DNA of 64,000 nucleotides, from positions 1,978 to 65,977 of the forward strand of contig JARROF010000010.1 of the NCBI GenBank assembly GCA_037384205.1, given 5' to 3'. Both the position numbers and the translations under genes were made by a program. The notes beneath the pieces are model-generated. The model was not told the DNA's origin, ran no database searches, and saw only the letters and a program-made list of their open reading frames with translations. Origin of the DNA: Novosphingobium sp. (GTDB taxonomy: Bacteria; Pseudomonadota; Alphaproteobacteria; Sphingomonadales; Sphingomonadaceae). Each line of letters begins with the position of its first letter. Within the stretch, counting starts at the first letter, position 1. This document shows positions 45,661 to 54,790 of this stretch, piece by piece.

Positions 45661-48600
45661 ATGAGCAACAATGTGTTTATCAACGAGATTCACTACGACA
45701 ACGCCGGTAGCGATACGGGCGAGGCCATTGAAGTCGCAGGTGTTGCGGGAACAGACCTGACCGGCTGGAGCCTGGTGCTGTACAACGGCAATGGCGGTAG
45801 TGCCTACTCGACGGTCAGTCTGACCGGCGTGCTCCCCGACCAGGATAGTGGTTATGGCACGCTGTCGTTCCCGATTTCCGGTATCCAGAACGGTGCGCCC
45901 GATGGTTTCGCGCTTGTCGATGCCGGCGGGAACGTGATCCAGTTTCTGTCCTATGAAGGCGCGTTTGCCGCTGTCGGCGGCGCCGCGGACGGGATGATGA
46001 GCACGGATATCGGCGTGGCCGAGACTTCGTCCACACCGGCTGGGTATTCGCTCCAGCTTACCGGAACCGGGACGCAGTATTCCGATTTCACCTGGGCCAG
46101 TGGGGCGGTCGATACGTTCGGCAGCATCAATGGCGGCCAGAGCTTCGGCACTGTTTCGGGCCCGCAGCCGGGCACACTTTCGATGGCCGATGCCTCGATT
46201 GCCGAGGGGGACAGCGGTTCGACAGACATGGTCTTCACCGTCACTCGCACCGGCGGCAGCGACGGTGCGGTTTCGGCCGACTGGTCGCTTACCCTGGGAA
46301 CGGCGGACAGTTCGGATCTAGGTGCCGGTGCTGCGCTTTCCGGCACCGTGAACTTTGCCGATGGAGAGATTTCCAAGGAAATCCATGTTCCCATCGCCGG
46401 TGATACCGCTTTTGAAGCAGATGAGACGTTCACGATCGATCTGGCGAACGCGCAGGGCGGAGCCGCGCTGGGGCAGGCAAGCGCGACCGGCACGATCATC
46501 AACGACGATACCGCCCCCGCCACGGGCCCCGCGAACCTGTGGGTCAACGAAATCCATTACGATAACTCCGGGGCTGACACGGGCGAAGCGATCGAGATCG
46601 CGGGCATCGCCGGTACCGATCTGACCGGGTATTCGCTGGTGCTCTACAATGGCAGCAATACGCCCGATGCCGCGCCCACATATGGCAGCCCGATCGCGCT
46701 GTCCGGCGTGATCGATGACGAAGGGCAGGGCTACGGCGCGGTGGCTTTCGATCTTCCGTCCAACGGACTTCAGAACGGCGCGGCGGACGGATTCGCGCTG
46801 GTCGCGCCCGACGGCTCGGTGGTGCAATTGCTCTCCTACGAAGGCACTTTCACGGCGGCTCCGGGAACACCGGCAGCGGGCATGACCAGCACCGATATCG
46901 GCGTTTTCGAAAGCAGCGGCCCTGTCGGTCAGTCGCTCCAGCTCACTGGCGCGGGCGCCGTCGCTGGGGATTTCGCCTGGCAGAATGACGCTGTCAGCAG
47001 CTTCGGTTCGCTCAATGCCGGGCAGACGATCATCGGCGATTTCGATACCGGACAGGTCTTCGTATCGGACGTAGCCGTGGCGGAAGGCGACAGCGGCGCG
47101 ACTGCGATGACTTTCACCGTGCACCGCGCGGGCGGCCTCGGCCAGAGTGCCGGGGTGGATTACCAGATCGCTCTCGACGGCACAGCCAATGCGGCCGATC
47201 TTGCCCCGGGCGCGGTGCTTGCCGGGCATGTCGATTTCGCCAAGGGTGTATCCGCCGTGACCGTCTCGGTGCCGGTACAGGGCGACACGCTGGGTGAGGA
47301 TAACGAGACGCTCTCGATCGCGCTCTCGAACCCGAACGGAAATATCGAGATCACCGGCGCCAGCGCTGTGGGCACGATTGTCAACGACGATCCGATTGCG
47401 CTTTCGATCATGCAGATCCAGGGCGCCGGGCATTATTCGGACTATGTGGGGCAGTCGGTCTCGACGACGGGCATCGTCACGGCCGTCGATAGCAACGGCT
47501 TCTACCTTCAGGACGCTTCGGGCGACGGCGATGCGGCAACGTCTGACGCTGTCTTCGTCTTCACCGGCAGCGCGCCTGTTGTGACCGTGGGCGATGGCGT
47601 TTCGGTGAGCGGTACGGTCAGCGAATACGCAGATGGCCTGACTTCGTTCGATCCGCAGCACGATGGCATCGACTTCTGGGAATCGCTGGAAGGCATGCGG
47701 GTGACGATCGAGGACGCGCAGGCGGTGGGCAACACCAACCGGTACGGCGAAACCTGGGCCGTCGCCTCTAACGGCGAAGGTGCCACCGGCATCAACGATC
47801 GCGGGGGGCTGACGCTTTCGGAAGGCGACAACAATCCGGAACGCGTGATCATCACCGCGGACAGCGGCATCTATGCGGGCTACAATCCCGATCACACGAT
47901 CGGCGATCAGCTCGGCGATGTCACCGGCATTCTGACTTACGGCTATGACACGTACCGTCTGGCCGTGACCGAGGATGTCACGGTGCAGAACGACACCACG
48001 CTGACGAAGGAAGTGACCGATCTCGTCGGAGACAGCAACTTCCTCAGCCTCGCGACCTTCAACCTGGAAAACTACGATCCGGGCGACCAGAAGGACGGCG
48101 TGCTGGCCGGCGAGATCGTCAATCACCTCGGCGCGCCGGACATTATCGCCGCGCAGGAAATTCAGGATGCCGATGGTTCCGGTTCGGGCTCCGATCTGTC
48201 GGGCACGGTCACGGCGCAGGGCCTGATCGATGCGATCTATGCGCAGTCGGGCCTGCACTATGCCTATGTCGAAGTCGCGCCCGACGAGGCCAATTCGACC
48301 GGCGGCGAGCCCAACGGCAATATCCGCAGCGGCTATTTCTACAATGTCGACCGGGTGAACTACGTCGATGGCAGCGCCGCGCTGATCCCGGGCGATACTT
48401 ATTACCACAGCCGCAGCCCGCTGGTGGCGCAGTGGGAGTTCGCCGGTTCGACAGTCACGACCGTGGACGTGCACTTCTATTCGCGCGGAGGCAGCGATCC
48501 GGCATGGGGCGATACCCAGCCTGCTGCCGATGCCGGAGATGACCGCCGCACCGCGCAGGCGGCCGGGGTGAAGGACTATGTCAGCAACCTGCTGGCGGAC

Positions 48601-50058
48601 GATCCCTCGCGTAATATCGCGATTCTGGGGGACTGGAACGGCTTCTCCTGGGAAAATGCCCAGACCCAGCTCACCGATCCCGCGCAGGGCGGGGTGTTCA
48701 CCAATCTCAACACGCTGATCCCCGAAGAAGAGCGCTATTCCTACTACTATCAGGGCAATTCGCAAGAGATCGACCACATCCTCGTGACGGGCGGGCTGCT
48801 GCAGAACGCGCAGTACGATTCGGTTCACCTTAATGCCGAGTTCGACAACACCGACCGGCCGACCGATCACGATCCGCAACTGGCACTGCTAATGCTGGGT
48901 CAGGCGCCTTCCGATCTTGTGCTCTCGAACGCTGATGTCGCTGAGAACATGGTGGCAGGCACTATCGTCGGCACGCTTTCGGCCACCGACACTGCGAACG
49001 ATACGCTGACTTATGCGCTGACCGACGATGCAGGTGGGCTGTTCGCGGTCGATGCCGCCTCCGGCGTGATCACCACGACGGCGGCGCTCGATCACGAAGC
49101 ACTGGCCGCCTACACGATCACCGCAACGGCCACCGATACCGGCGGGTTGAGCACCAGCAGCGATTTCGGCATCGCCGTCACCAACGTCAATGAAACGCCA
49201 GTGGGTGAAGCGGATGCCGTTGCCATCGACGAGGATGCGGTAAGTCCCAATTTGTGGACGCAACTGCTAGGCAACGATCACGATCCGGATGCGGGCGATA
49301 CGCTGGCGATCAGCGCGGTCGATACCGCCGGGACGCTGGGCACGGTCACGTTCGACGCGGCGACGCAGACGCTGACTTATGCCGCCGACAACGACGCCTT
49401 CGACTACCTCGCCACCGGCGATACCGCGACGGACACTTTCACCTATACCGTGACCGATGCCGACGGGCTGACCAGCACGGCAGTTGTCACGATGACAGTC
49501 ACTGCGATTGCCGACGGCGTGGTCAAGCACGGCGGCTGGCGCTGCGACACCCTCTACGGCACCGCCGGTGAGGACAAGCTGTTCGGCGGCTTCGGCAAGG
49601 ACAAGCTCTACGGTCTTGACGGGCATGACGAGCTGCATGGCGGTTTCGGTTCGGATCTGCTCGATGGCGGCACGGGCAACGATGCGCTTTATGGCGGCAC
49701 GGGCAACGACACCATGATCGGCGGGGAGGGGCATGACACCTTCCATTTCGGCTGGCTGGGCGGCCACGATACCGTGACTGATTTTAACACCAGCGAGGAT
49801 ACGATCGTTCTCGAAGACGGGGAGTGGATTGCCCATTCGCGGGTCCGCGACGTCAATCACGACGGCGTGAAGGATCTGGTCCTGACGCTGGGGCTCGGCA
49901 CGTCTGTAACGTTGCTGGGCGTCAGCGATATCGATCAGGTCTCGATCGAAGGCGACAATGGCCATCATGGTCATAATGGCCACCACGGTTTCTCCTTCGG
50001 TGGCCTGTTCGATCATATCGGGCTTGGCCGGGCGTTCGATTTTAGCCACGGCTTTTGA
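45661..50058 (+). CDS. Giant RTX-type secreted multidomain protein with ExeM/NucH-like endonuclease/exonuclease/phosphatase (EEP) core
   Basis: No signal peptide is present. The domain order is as follows. LTD-like 45670-46132 ('FINEIHYDN…GEAIE'). Calx-beta 46171-46509. Second LTD 46534-47025. Second Calx-beta 47048-47391. OB-like region 47395-48009. EEP domain 48037-48897 ('ATFNLEN', 'IIAAQEIQD', 'TDHDPQ'). Cadherin-like 48916-49200. Second Ig/cadherin-like 49201-49509. Seven GGxGxDxUx nonapeptides 49552-49740. I chose ATG 45661. Confidence 0.85.
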   Translation: MSNNVFINEIHYDNAGSDTGEAIEVAGVAGTDLTGWSLVLYNGNGGSAYSTVSLTGVLPDQDSGYGTLSFPISGIQNGAPDGFALVDAGGNVIQFLSYEGAFAAVGGAADGMMSTDIGVAETSSTPAGYSLQLTGTGTQYSDFTWASGAVDTFGSINGGQSFGTVSGPQPGTLSMADASIAEGDSGSTDMVFTVTRTGGSDGAVSADWSLTLGTADSSDLGAGAALSGTVNFADGEISKEIHVPIAGDTAFEADETFTIDLANAQGGAALGQASATGTIINDDTAPATGPANLWVNEIHYDNSGADTGEAIEIAGIAGTDLTGYSLVLYNGSNTPDAAPTYGSPIALSGVIDDEGQGYGAVAFDLPSNGLQNGAADGFALVAPDGSVVQLLSYEGTFTAAPGTPAAGMTSTDIGVFESSGPVGQSLQLTGAGAVAGDFAWQNDAVSSFGSLNAGQTIIGDFDTGQVFVSDVAVAEGDSGATAMTFTVHRAGGLGQSAGVDYQIALDGTANAADLAPGAVLAGHVDFAKGVSAVTVSVPVQGDTLGEDNETLSIALSNPNGNIEITGASAVGTIVNDDPIALSIMQIQGAGHYSDYVGQSVSTTGIVTAVDSNGFYLQDASGDGDAATSDAVFVFTGSAPVVTVGDGVSVSGTVSEYADGLTSFDPQHDGIDFWESLEGMRVTIEDAQAVGNTNRYGETWAVASNGEGATGINDRGGLTLSEGDNNPERVIITADSGIYAGYNPDHTIGDQLGDVTGILTYGYDTYRLAVTEDVTVQNDTTLTKEVTDLVGDSNFLSLATFNLENYDPGDQKDGVLAGEIVNHLGAPDIIAAQEIQDADGSGSGSDLSGTVTAQGLIDAIYAQSGLHYAYVEVAPDEANSTGGEPNGNIRSGYFYNVDRVNYVDGSAALIPGDTYYHSRSPLVAQWEFAGSTVTTVDVHFYSRGGSDPAWGDTQPAADAGDDRRTAQAAGVKDYVSNLLADDPSRNIAILGDWNGFSWENAQTQLTDPAQGGVFTNLNTLIPEEERYSYYYQGNSQEIDHILVTGGLLQNAQYDSVHLNAEFDNTDRPTDHDPQLALLMLGQAPSDLVLSNADVAENMVAGTIVGTLSATDTANDTLTYALTDDAGGLFAVDAASGVITTTAALDHEALAAYTITATATDTGGLSTSSDFGIAVTNVNETPVGEADAVAIDEDAVSPNLWTQLLGNDHDPDAGDTLAISAVDTAGTLGTVTFDAATQTLTYAADNDAFDYLATGDTATDTFTYTVTDADGLTSTAVVTMTVTAIADGVVKHGGWRCDTLYGTAGEDKLFGGFGKDKLYGLDGHDELHGGFGSDLLDGGTGNDALYGGTGNDTMIGGEGHDTFHFGWLGGHDTVTDFNTSEDTIVLEDGEWIAHSRVRDVNHDGVKDLVLTLGLGTSVTLLGVSDIDQVSIEGDNGHHGHNGHHGFSFGGLFDHIGLGRAFDFSHGF

Positions 50059-50177
50059 TCCGGCTCTTTCAGCCGTCTGGAAATCGGCAGGGCCGCGCGG
50101 TACATTATCGTGCGGCCCTGGCTTGTTTTCCGGACTTGTCTCACGGCCTCTGATCCCGCCTACCAGGACTTCGTTTT

Positions 50178-51938
50178 GTGACGTTTCTTGAACCCGCCGG
50201 CGAAGCGCTGAGCAGCGCGCTGTCGTCCTGCCGCCGGCATCTCGGCGCGGTCGCCCTGTTCAGCGCGCTGGTAAATCTGCTCTACATCGTACCCACGCTC
50301 TACATGTTGCAGGTCTATGACCGCGTGGTGCCGACCGGTGGATTGCAGACGCTGGCGTTCCTCACGCTGGTGCTGCTGCTGGCGCTTGGTACGCTGGCGC
50401 TGCTGGACCGGCTGCGCAACCGGCTGCTGGTGCGGGCCGGGCTGCAACTCGACATCGATCTGGCCCCGCGTATTCTCGATGCCTCGTTCGCCCGCCCGCA
50501 GATGGCCGAGGCCCGTGCGGCGCTGCGCGATTTCGATACCTTGCGCGGTGCGTTGTCCGGTCCGGCGTTCATTGCGCTGTGTGATGCGCCCTGGCTGCCG
50601 GTCTATATCCTCGTCTGCGTGGTGATGAGCCCTTGGATCGGTCTTGTCGCGCTGCTTGGCTGCGTGGTGCTGCCGTTGATTGCCTGGGCCAACGAGCGTG
50701 CGACCGGCGCACGGCTGGCACAGGCGCGCACGATCGCCGGGCTCACCAACCTGCATCAGGATGCCGCGCTCGCGGGCGGAGAAGCGGTGCGCGCCCTGGG
50801 CATGCGCCGTGCGCTGGTGGCGCGTACGATGCGACAGCGCCGCGCGATGCTGACCAGCCAGACCGAAGCGGGTTTCGCGGCGGGCAATTATGTCACGCTC
50901 ACCAAGTTCGTGCGCCTCTCGCTGCAATCGCTGGCGCTGGGGCTGGGCGCACTGCTGGCGGTGGAAAAAGAGATTTCGCCCGCAGCGATTTTCGCGTCTT
51001 CGTTCCTGATCGCCCGCGCGCTTTCCCCGATCGAACAGCTTATCGCCCACTGGAAGACCGTTCATGCCGCGCGCGCGGCATGGCGCGATCTTGACGTGCT
51101 GCTGGCCTCGGCGCCGAAGATGCAGGCCCCTACGGCCTTGCCTGAGCCCAAGGGCACGGTGGCGCTGGAGAGCCTCGTCGTGCTTGATCCCTCGCGCAGC
51201 GCTGCCGTGCTGCAAGGGCTTTCGCTGAATATTGCGGCAGGGGAAACTCTGGCGGTAATCGGTCCCAGCGGCGCGGGCAAGTCCACACTCGTGCGTGTGC
51301 TTTCCGGCGCCGTGCGGCCCGACCGCGGCGTCATCCGCATCGACGGGGCGGATATGGCCGACTGGGATGCAGAGCGGCTCGCTGTGCATATCGGCTATGT
51401 CCCGCAAGCGCCGACGCTGTTTGCGGGAACGGTCGCTGAAAACATCGCGCGCTTTTCCGGAGAAACCGGCATGGCGCGCGATGCTCTGGATGCAGCCGTG
51501 GTCGAAGCGGCGCAGAAGGTGGGTGCGCATGACATGATCCTGTCGCTGCCGGGGGGCTATGATCACCGGCTGGGCGCCGATGGCAGCGGGCTGTCGGCCG
51601 GGCAGGCCCAGCGGGTGGCGCTGGCCCGCGCCGTCTTCGGCAATCTTGCGCTGCTCATTCTGGACGAGCCGAATGCTCACCTTGATTCCGAAGGTGACGC
51701 GCAGCTTATCGAAGCGCTCGGCGCGCTTAAGCAGGCGGGCACGACGATTGTCGTCGTATCGCACAAGATGGGAATCTTGCCGGTGGTGGATCGTATCCTT
51801 GTGCTGCGTGAAGGCCGTGCGGCCCTGCTTGGCCCGCGCGAGGAAGTCATGGCCAAGCTCGCGCCGCCGTCACCGCGCCCGCGCATGGTTGGCGGGCAGG
51901 ATAATGCGGGCAGCCTTAATATCGGGGGCGGCGCATGA
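50178..51938 (+). CDS. Type I secretion system permease/ATPase (PrtD/AprD type, no C39 domain)
   Basis: The TM domain has 'LYMLQVYDRVVPTGG'. Walker A 'GPSGAGKST', signature 'LSAGQAQRVALARA', Walker B 'LLILDEPNAHLD'. GTG start. Confidence 0.9.
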   Translation: MTFLEPAGEALSSALSSCRRHLGAVALFSALVNLLYIVPTLYMLQVYDRVVPTGGLQTLAFLTLVLLLALGTLALLDRLRNRLLVRAGLQLDIDLAPRILDASFARPQMAEARAALRDFDTLRGALSGPAFIALCDAPWLPVYILVCVVMSPWIGLVALLGCVVLPLIAWANERATGARLAQARTIAGLTNLHQDAALAGGEAVRALGMRRALVARTMRQRRAMLTSQTEAGFAAGNYVTLTKFVRLSLQSLALGLGALLAVEKEISPAAIFASSFLIARALSPIEQLIAHWKTVHAARAAWRDLDVLLASAPKMQAPTALPEPKGTVALESLVVLDPSRSAAVLQGLSLNIAAGETLAVIGPSGAGKSTLVRVLSGAVRPDRGVIRIDGADMADWDAERLAVHIGYVPQAPTLFAGTVAENIARFSGETGMARDALDAAVVEAAQKVGAHDMILSLPGGYDHRLGADGSGLSAGQAQRVALARAVFGNLALLILDEPNAHLDSEGDAQLIEALGALKQAGTTIVVVSHKMGILPVVDRILVLREGRAALLGPREEVMAKLAPPSPRPRMVGGQDNAGSLNIGGGA

Positions 51939-53308
51939 GTTCGGAGCTTCCCGTGACGGGAGATGTCGTGGCTGCTGTCCATGATCCGGCGCGCGCGGCT
52001 GCGATCGCCGATCCCCGGCGGGATATCCGCATCGGTGTTGTAATCGCCTTTGTGTTCTTCGTCCTGTTTCTGGGCTGGGCAGCCTTCTTCCGGCTCGACG
52101 CGGCGGCGACGGCGCCCGGTGTGCTGGTTGTTTCCGGTGAGCGCCAGACGGTGCAGCATCGCGATGGCGGTGTGGTCGGCGCCATTCACGTGCATGAAGG
52201 GCAGATGGTGAGGAAGGGCCAGCTCCTGATCGAACTGTCCGCCCCTGAAGTGGCCGCGCAGGCTCATGCCTTGCGCGCGCAGGCAACGCAGCTTCTGGCG
52301 GAGCGGGCGCGGCTTGAAGCGGAGCAGGAAGATGCATCGAAGATCGTCGCGCCGTCTGAATTCGCGGCGCTTGGCGGTGCTGAAAAACGGGAAGCCGATG
52401 CCGCGCTGGCCCGCCAGCAGACCGAACTGCGCGAACGGCGTGCGGTACTGTCTGCCCAGCGCAGCGCGCTTCGCGAACGCATCGGGCAGTCCGGTCAGCA
52501 AGGGCGCGGCTACAGCGATCAGGCCGATGCGGCACGCGAGCAGATCCGCCTGATCAGTGAGCAGATCGCGGCCATGAAACCGCTCGCCGAGAAGGGGTTC
52601 GTCTCCAAGAGCCGGATGCGTGAACTGGAACGCGCGCGGGCGGCGCTGGAAGGGCAGCAGGGGCAGTACAGCGCCAGCGTTGCCAGCTCGCATGGTGCTG
52701 CCAGCGAGACGCGGCTGCAGATCCTTGAGGCGGAGCGCAGCTTCCACGAGCGTGCCGCTGCGGATCTGCGCGATGTCGAAACCCGTCTTGGCGATGTCCT
52801 TCCCAAGCTGGCCGCCGCTCGCGAACAGCTGGCCCGCACTCAGATCCGTGCACCGGCCTCGGGCGCCGTGGTCGGCCTCAGCGTCTTCACGCCGGGCGGG
52901 GTGATCGGTGCAGGGCAGCGATTGATGGATGTGGTTCCCGAGCGTCAGCCGCTGCGCATTGAAGTGCGAGTTGCGCCCGAGGATGCTGATGACCTGCAAG
53001 TGGGCAACAAGGCACTGGTGAAGTTCCCCGGCCTGCATGACCGCTCGCTGCCAGATCTGGAAGGCACGCTCACGCGTTTTTCCGCCGATAGCCTGACCGA
53101 TGAGAAGACCGGAACCCGCTATTTCACCGGAGAGGTGACAGTGCCCACCGATCAGCTCGACATCATCCGCAAGGCGCGCGGGCCGGATTTCGCGCTGCGG
53201 GCCGGATTACCGGCGGAGGCCTTGTTCCCGCTGCGCAGGCGCACGGCACTGGACTATGCGCTTGAACCGCTCGTAGGCAGTTTCTGGGGTTCGTTTCACG
53301 AACATTGA
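51935..53308 (+). CDS. HlyD family type I secretion membrane-fusion (periplasmic adaptor) protein
   Basis: ATGA overlap with the ABC gene. It has an N-terminal TM, long coiled-coil hairpin segments and a lipoyl/beta-barrel region ('IRAPASGAVVGLSVFTPGGVI'). Confidence 0.9.
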   Translation: MSSELPVTGDVVAAVHDPARAAAIADPRRDIRIGVVIAFVFFVLFLGWAAFFRLDAAATAPGVLVVSGERQTVQHRDGGVVGAIHVHEGQMVRKGQLLIELSAPEVAAQAHALRAQATQLLAERARLEAEQEDASKIVAPSEFAALGGAEKREADAALARQQTELRERRAVLSAQRSALRERIGQSGQQGRGYSDQADAAREQIRLISEQIAAMKPLAEKGFVSKSRMRELERARAALEGQQGQYSASVASSHGAASETRLQILEAERSFHERAAADLRDVETRLGDVLPKLAAAREQLARTQIRAPASGAVVGLSVFTPGGVIGAGQRLMDVVPERQPLRIEVRVAPEDADDLQVGNKALVKFPGLHDRSLPDLEGTLTRFSADSLTDEKTGTRYFTGEVTVPTDQLDIIRKARGPDFALRAGLPAEALFPLRRRTALDYALEPLVGSFWGSFHEH

Positions 53309-53823
53309 CGCCCGGCCTGCTTCAGGGTGAGCGGCAGTCCGGCTGCTACCAGCACCACTTCTTCCGCCAAAGCGGCGATGTGCTGGTTGAGACGCCCGGC
53401 CTCGTCGCGAAACCGACGCGCGAGGGCGTTTTCGGGGACGATTCCCATGCCCACTTCATTGGCGACCAGCGCGACAGGGATGGAATAGTCCTGCAAGGTG
53501 GAGACGAGGTCTTTCGTCATCGCTTCTACATCGCACTCCGCCAGAACGAGGTTTGATAGCCATAACGTGAGGCAATCGACCAGCACGGCGTTGGCGGACT
53601 GGGCGGCGTTGCGGATGGCACCGGGCAAGTCGACAGGCGCTTCAAATGTTTCCCAACGGGGACTGCGATCAGCCCGATGGCGGGCGATGCGGTCCTCCAT
53701 CTCCGCGTCGAACGCCTGGGCCGTGGCAATGAAGGCCAGTTGACCGGGCAGGGCTTCCATACGCGCCTGGGCATGGCGGCTCTTGCCCGACCGCGCTCCT
53801 CCGATAACAAACAGCACACCCAT
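53296..53823 (-). CDS. cobU: Adenosylcobinamide kinase / adenosylcobinamide-phosphate guanylyltransferase
   Basis: P-loop 'VIGGARSGKS' and 'ATAQAFDAEMEDRIARHR'. 175 aa. Confidence 0.9.
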   Translation of the reverse strand: MGVLFVIGGARSGKSRHAQARMEALPGQLAFIATAQAFDAEMEDRIARHRADRSPRWETFEAPVDLPGAIRNAAQSANAVLVDCLTLWLSNLVLAECDVEAMTKDLVSTLQDYSIPVALVANEVGMGIVPENALARRFRDEAGRLNQHIAALAEEVVLVAAGLPLTLKQAGRQCS

Positions 53824-53842
53824 GGGCCGGTCTCCTACAGCA

Positions 53843-54790
53843 TCACATCAGTGAGGCAACGACTCCGGTTGCGATCCATGCGAGCAGGCAGGCTCGCAGA
53901 TAGATTTTCCGGGCTTGCTCCACAGCGCAGAAATCCACCTTTCGCCCGTCCCCGATCCATGGTTTTTCCGACAGAATGCCGTCATAGCGAACGGGCCCTG
54001 CGAGACGGATGCCGAGCGTTCCTGCCATCGCCGCTTCGGGCCAGCCGGCATTGGGCGAGGCGTGCCGTCCGTGATCGCGCCACAGGATGCGCCAGCCGTT
54101 TCGTCCTGATCCCATGCCGGCAAGGCAGATCAGGATCCCGCTCAGGCGGGCCGGAATGAAGTTGGCGGCATCGTCGATCCGGGCGGCGGCCCAGCCATAG
54201 TCGCGCAAGGGTTCTTCCGGGTGGCCGATAAGGCTGTCGGCGGTATTGACGGCCTTGTACAGCCATATGCCGGGCAGGCCGAGCACGAGTAGCCAGAACA
54301 GCGGAGCGATTACGCCGTCGCAAAAACTTTCCGCAAGACTTTCAATCGCGGCGCGGGCCACGCCGGGCCGGTCGAGCGCGGCGGTATCGCGGCCGACGAT
54401 CATGCCCACGGCCTTTCGCGCGGCGGGCAGGTCGTTGCTGCCCAGGGCCTTCGCAACAGGTATGTAGTGGTCATATAGACTGCGCTGCGCCAGTGCGGGC
54501 CAGGCCATGAAGGCAAGCGGAATCCACGCCCAGGGCCCGGCCAGGGCTCGGATCATGTGTTCAACGGCAAACGCTGTCCCGCCGCTGACCAGTATCAGCA
54601 GCGCCATCGTGGCCACGCCGGACCGGCGCCGCCGGCAGGCCGCGTGGATGGGGCGGTTCCAGCGGGTTTCGCATGTCGCAATGATCCGCGCGAAGGTGCC
54701 GACCGGATGGCCGATCCGGCGGTAGAGCCAATCCGGCCAACCCAGCGCGCTGTCCAGTACCAACGCGCAAAGGGCAACAGGTTCAACCAT
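53843..54790 (-). CDS. cbiB: Adenosylcobinamide-phosphate synthase
   Basis: Polytopic membrane protein. 'LDSALGWPDWLYRRIGHPV' and 'PNAGWPEAAMAGTLG' are typical of CbiB/CobD. Confidence 0.9.
   Translation of the reverse strand: MVEPVALCALVLDSALGWPDWLYRRIGHPVGTFARIIATCETRWNRPIHAACRRRRSGVATMALLILVSGGTAFAVEHMIRALAGPWAWIPLAFMAWPALAQRSLYDHYIPVAKALGSNDLPAARKAVGMIVGRDTAALDRPGVARAAIESLAESFCDGVIAPLFWLLVLGLPGIWLYKAVNTADSLIGHPEEPLRDYGWAAARIDDAANFIPARLSGILICLAGMGSGRNGWRILWRDHGRHASPNAGWPEAAMAGTLGIRLAGPVRYDGILSEKPWIGDGRKVDFCAVEQARKIYLRACLLAWIATGVVASLM

Noticed and set aside
46318-48879. 853-aa ORF antisense to the nuclease gene
   Set aside because: The translation is a low-complexity R/G/A/I/D-rich product with no motifs. 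It lies fully inside a sense-strand CDS that has clear domain content. This is the typical shadow ORF of GC-rich DNA.
50160-51764. 534-aa minus-strand ORF antisense to the T1SS ABC gene
   Set aside because: The sequence is extremely Arg/Gln/His-rich nonsense, while the sense strand has Walker A/B and ABC signature motifs.
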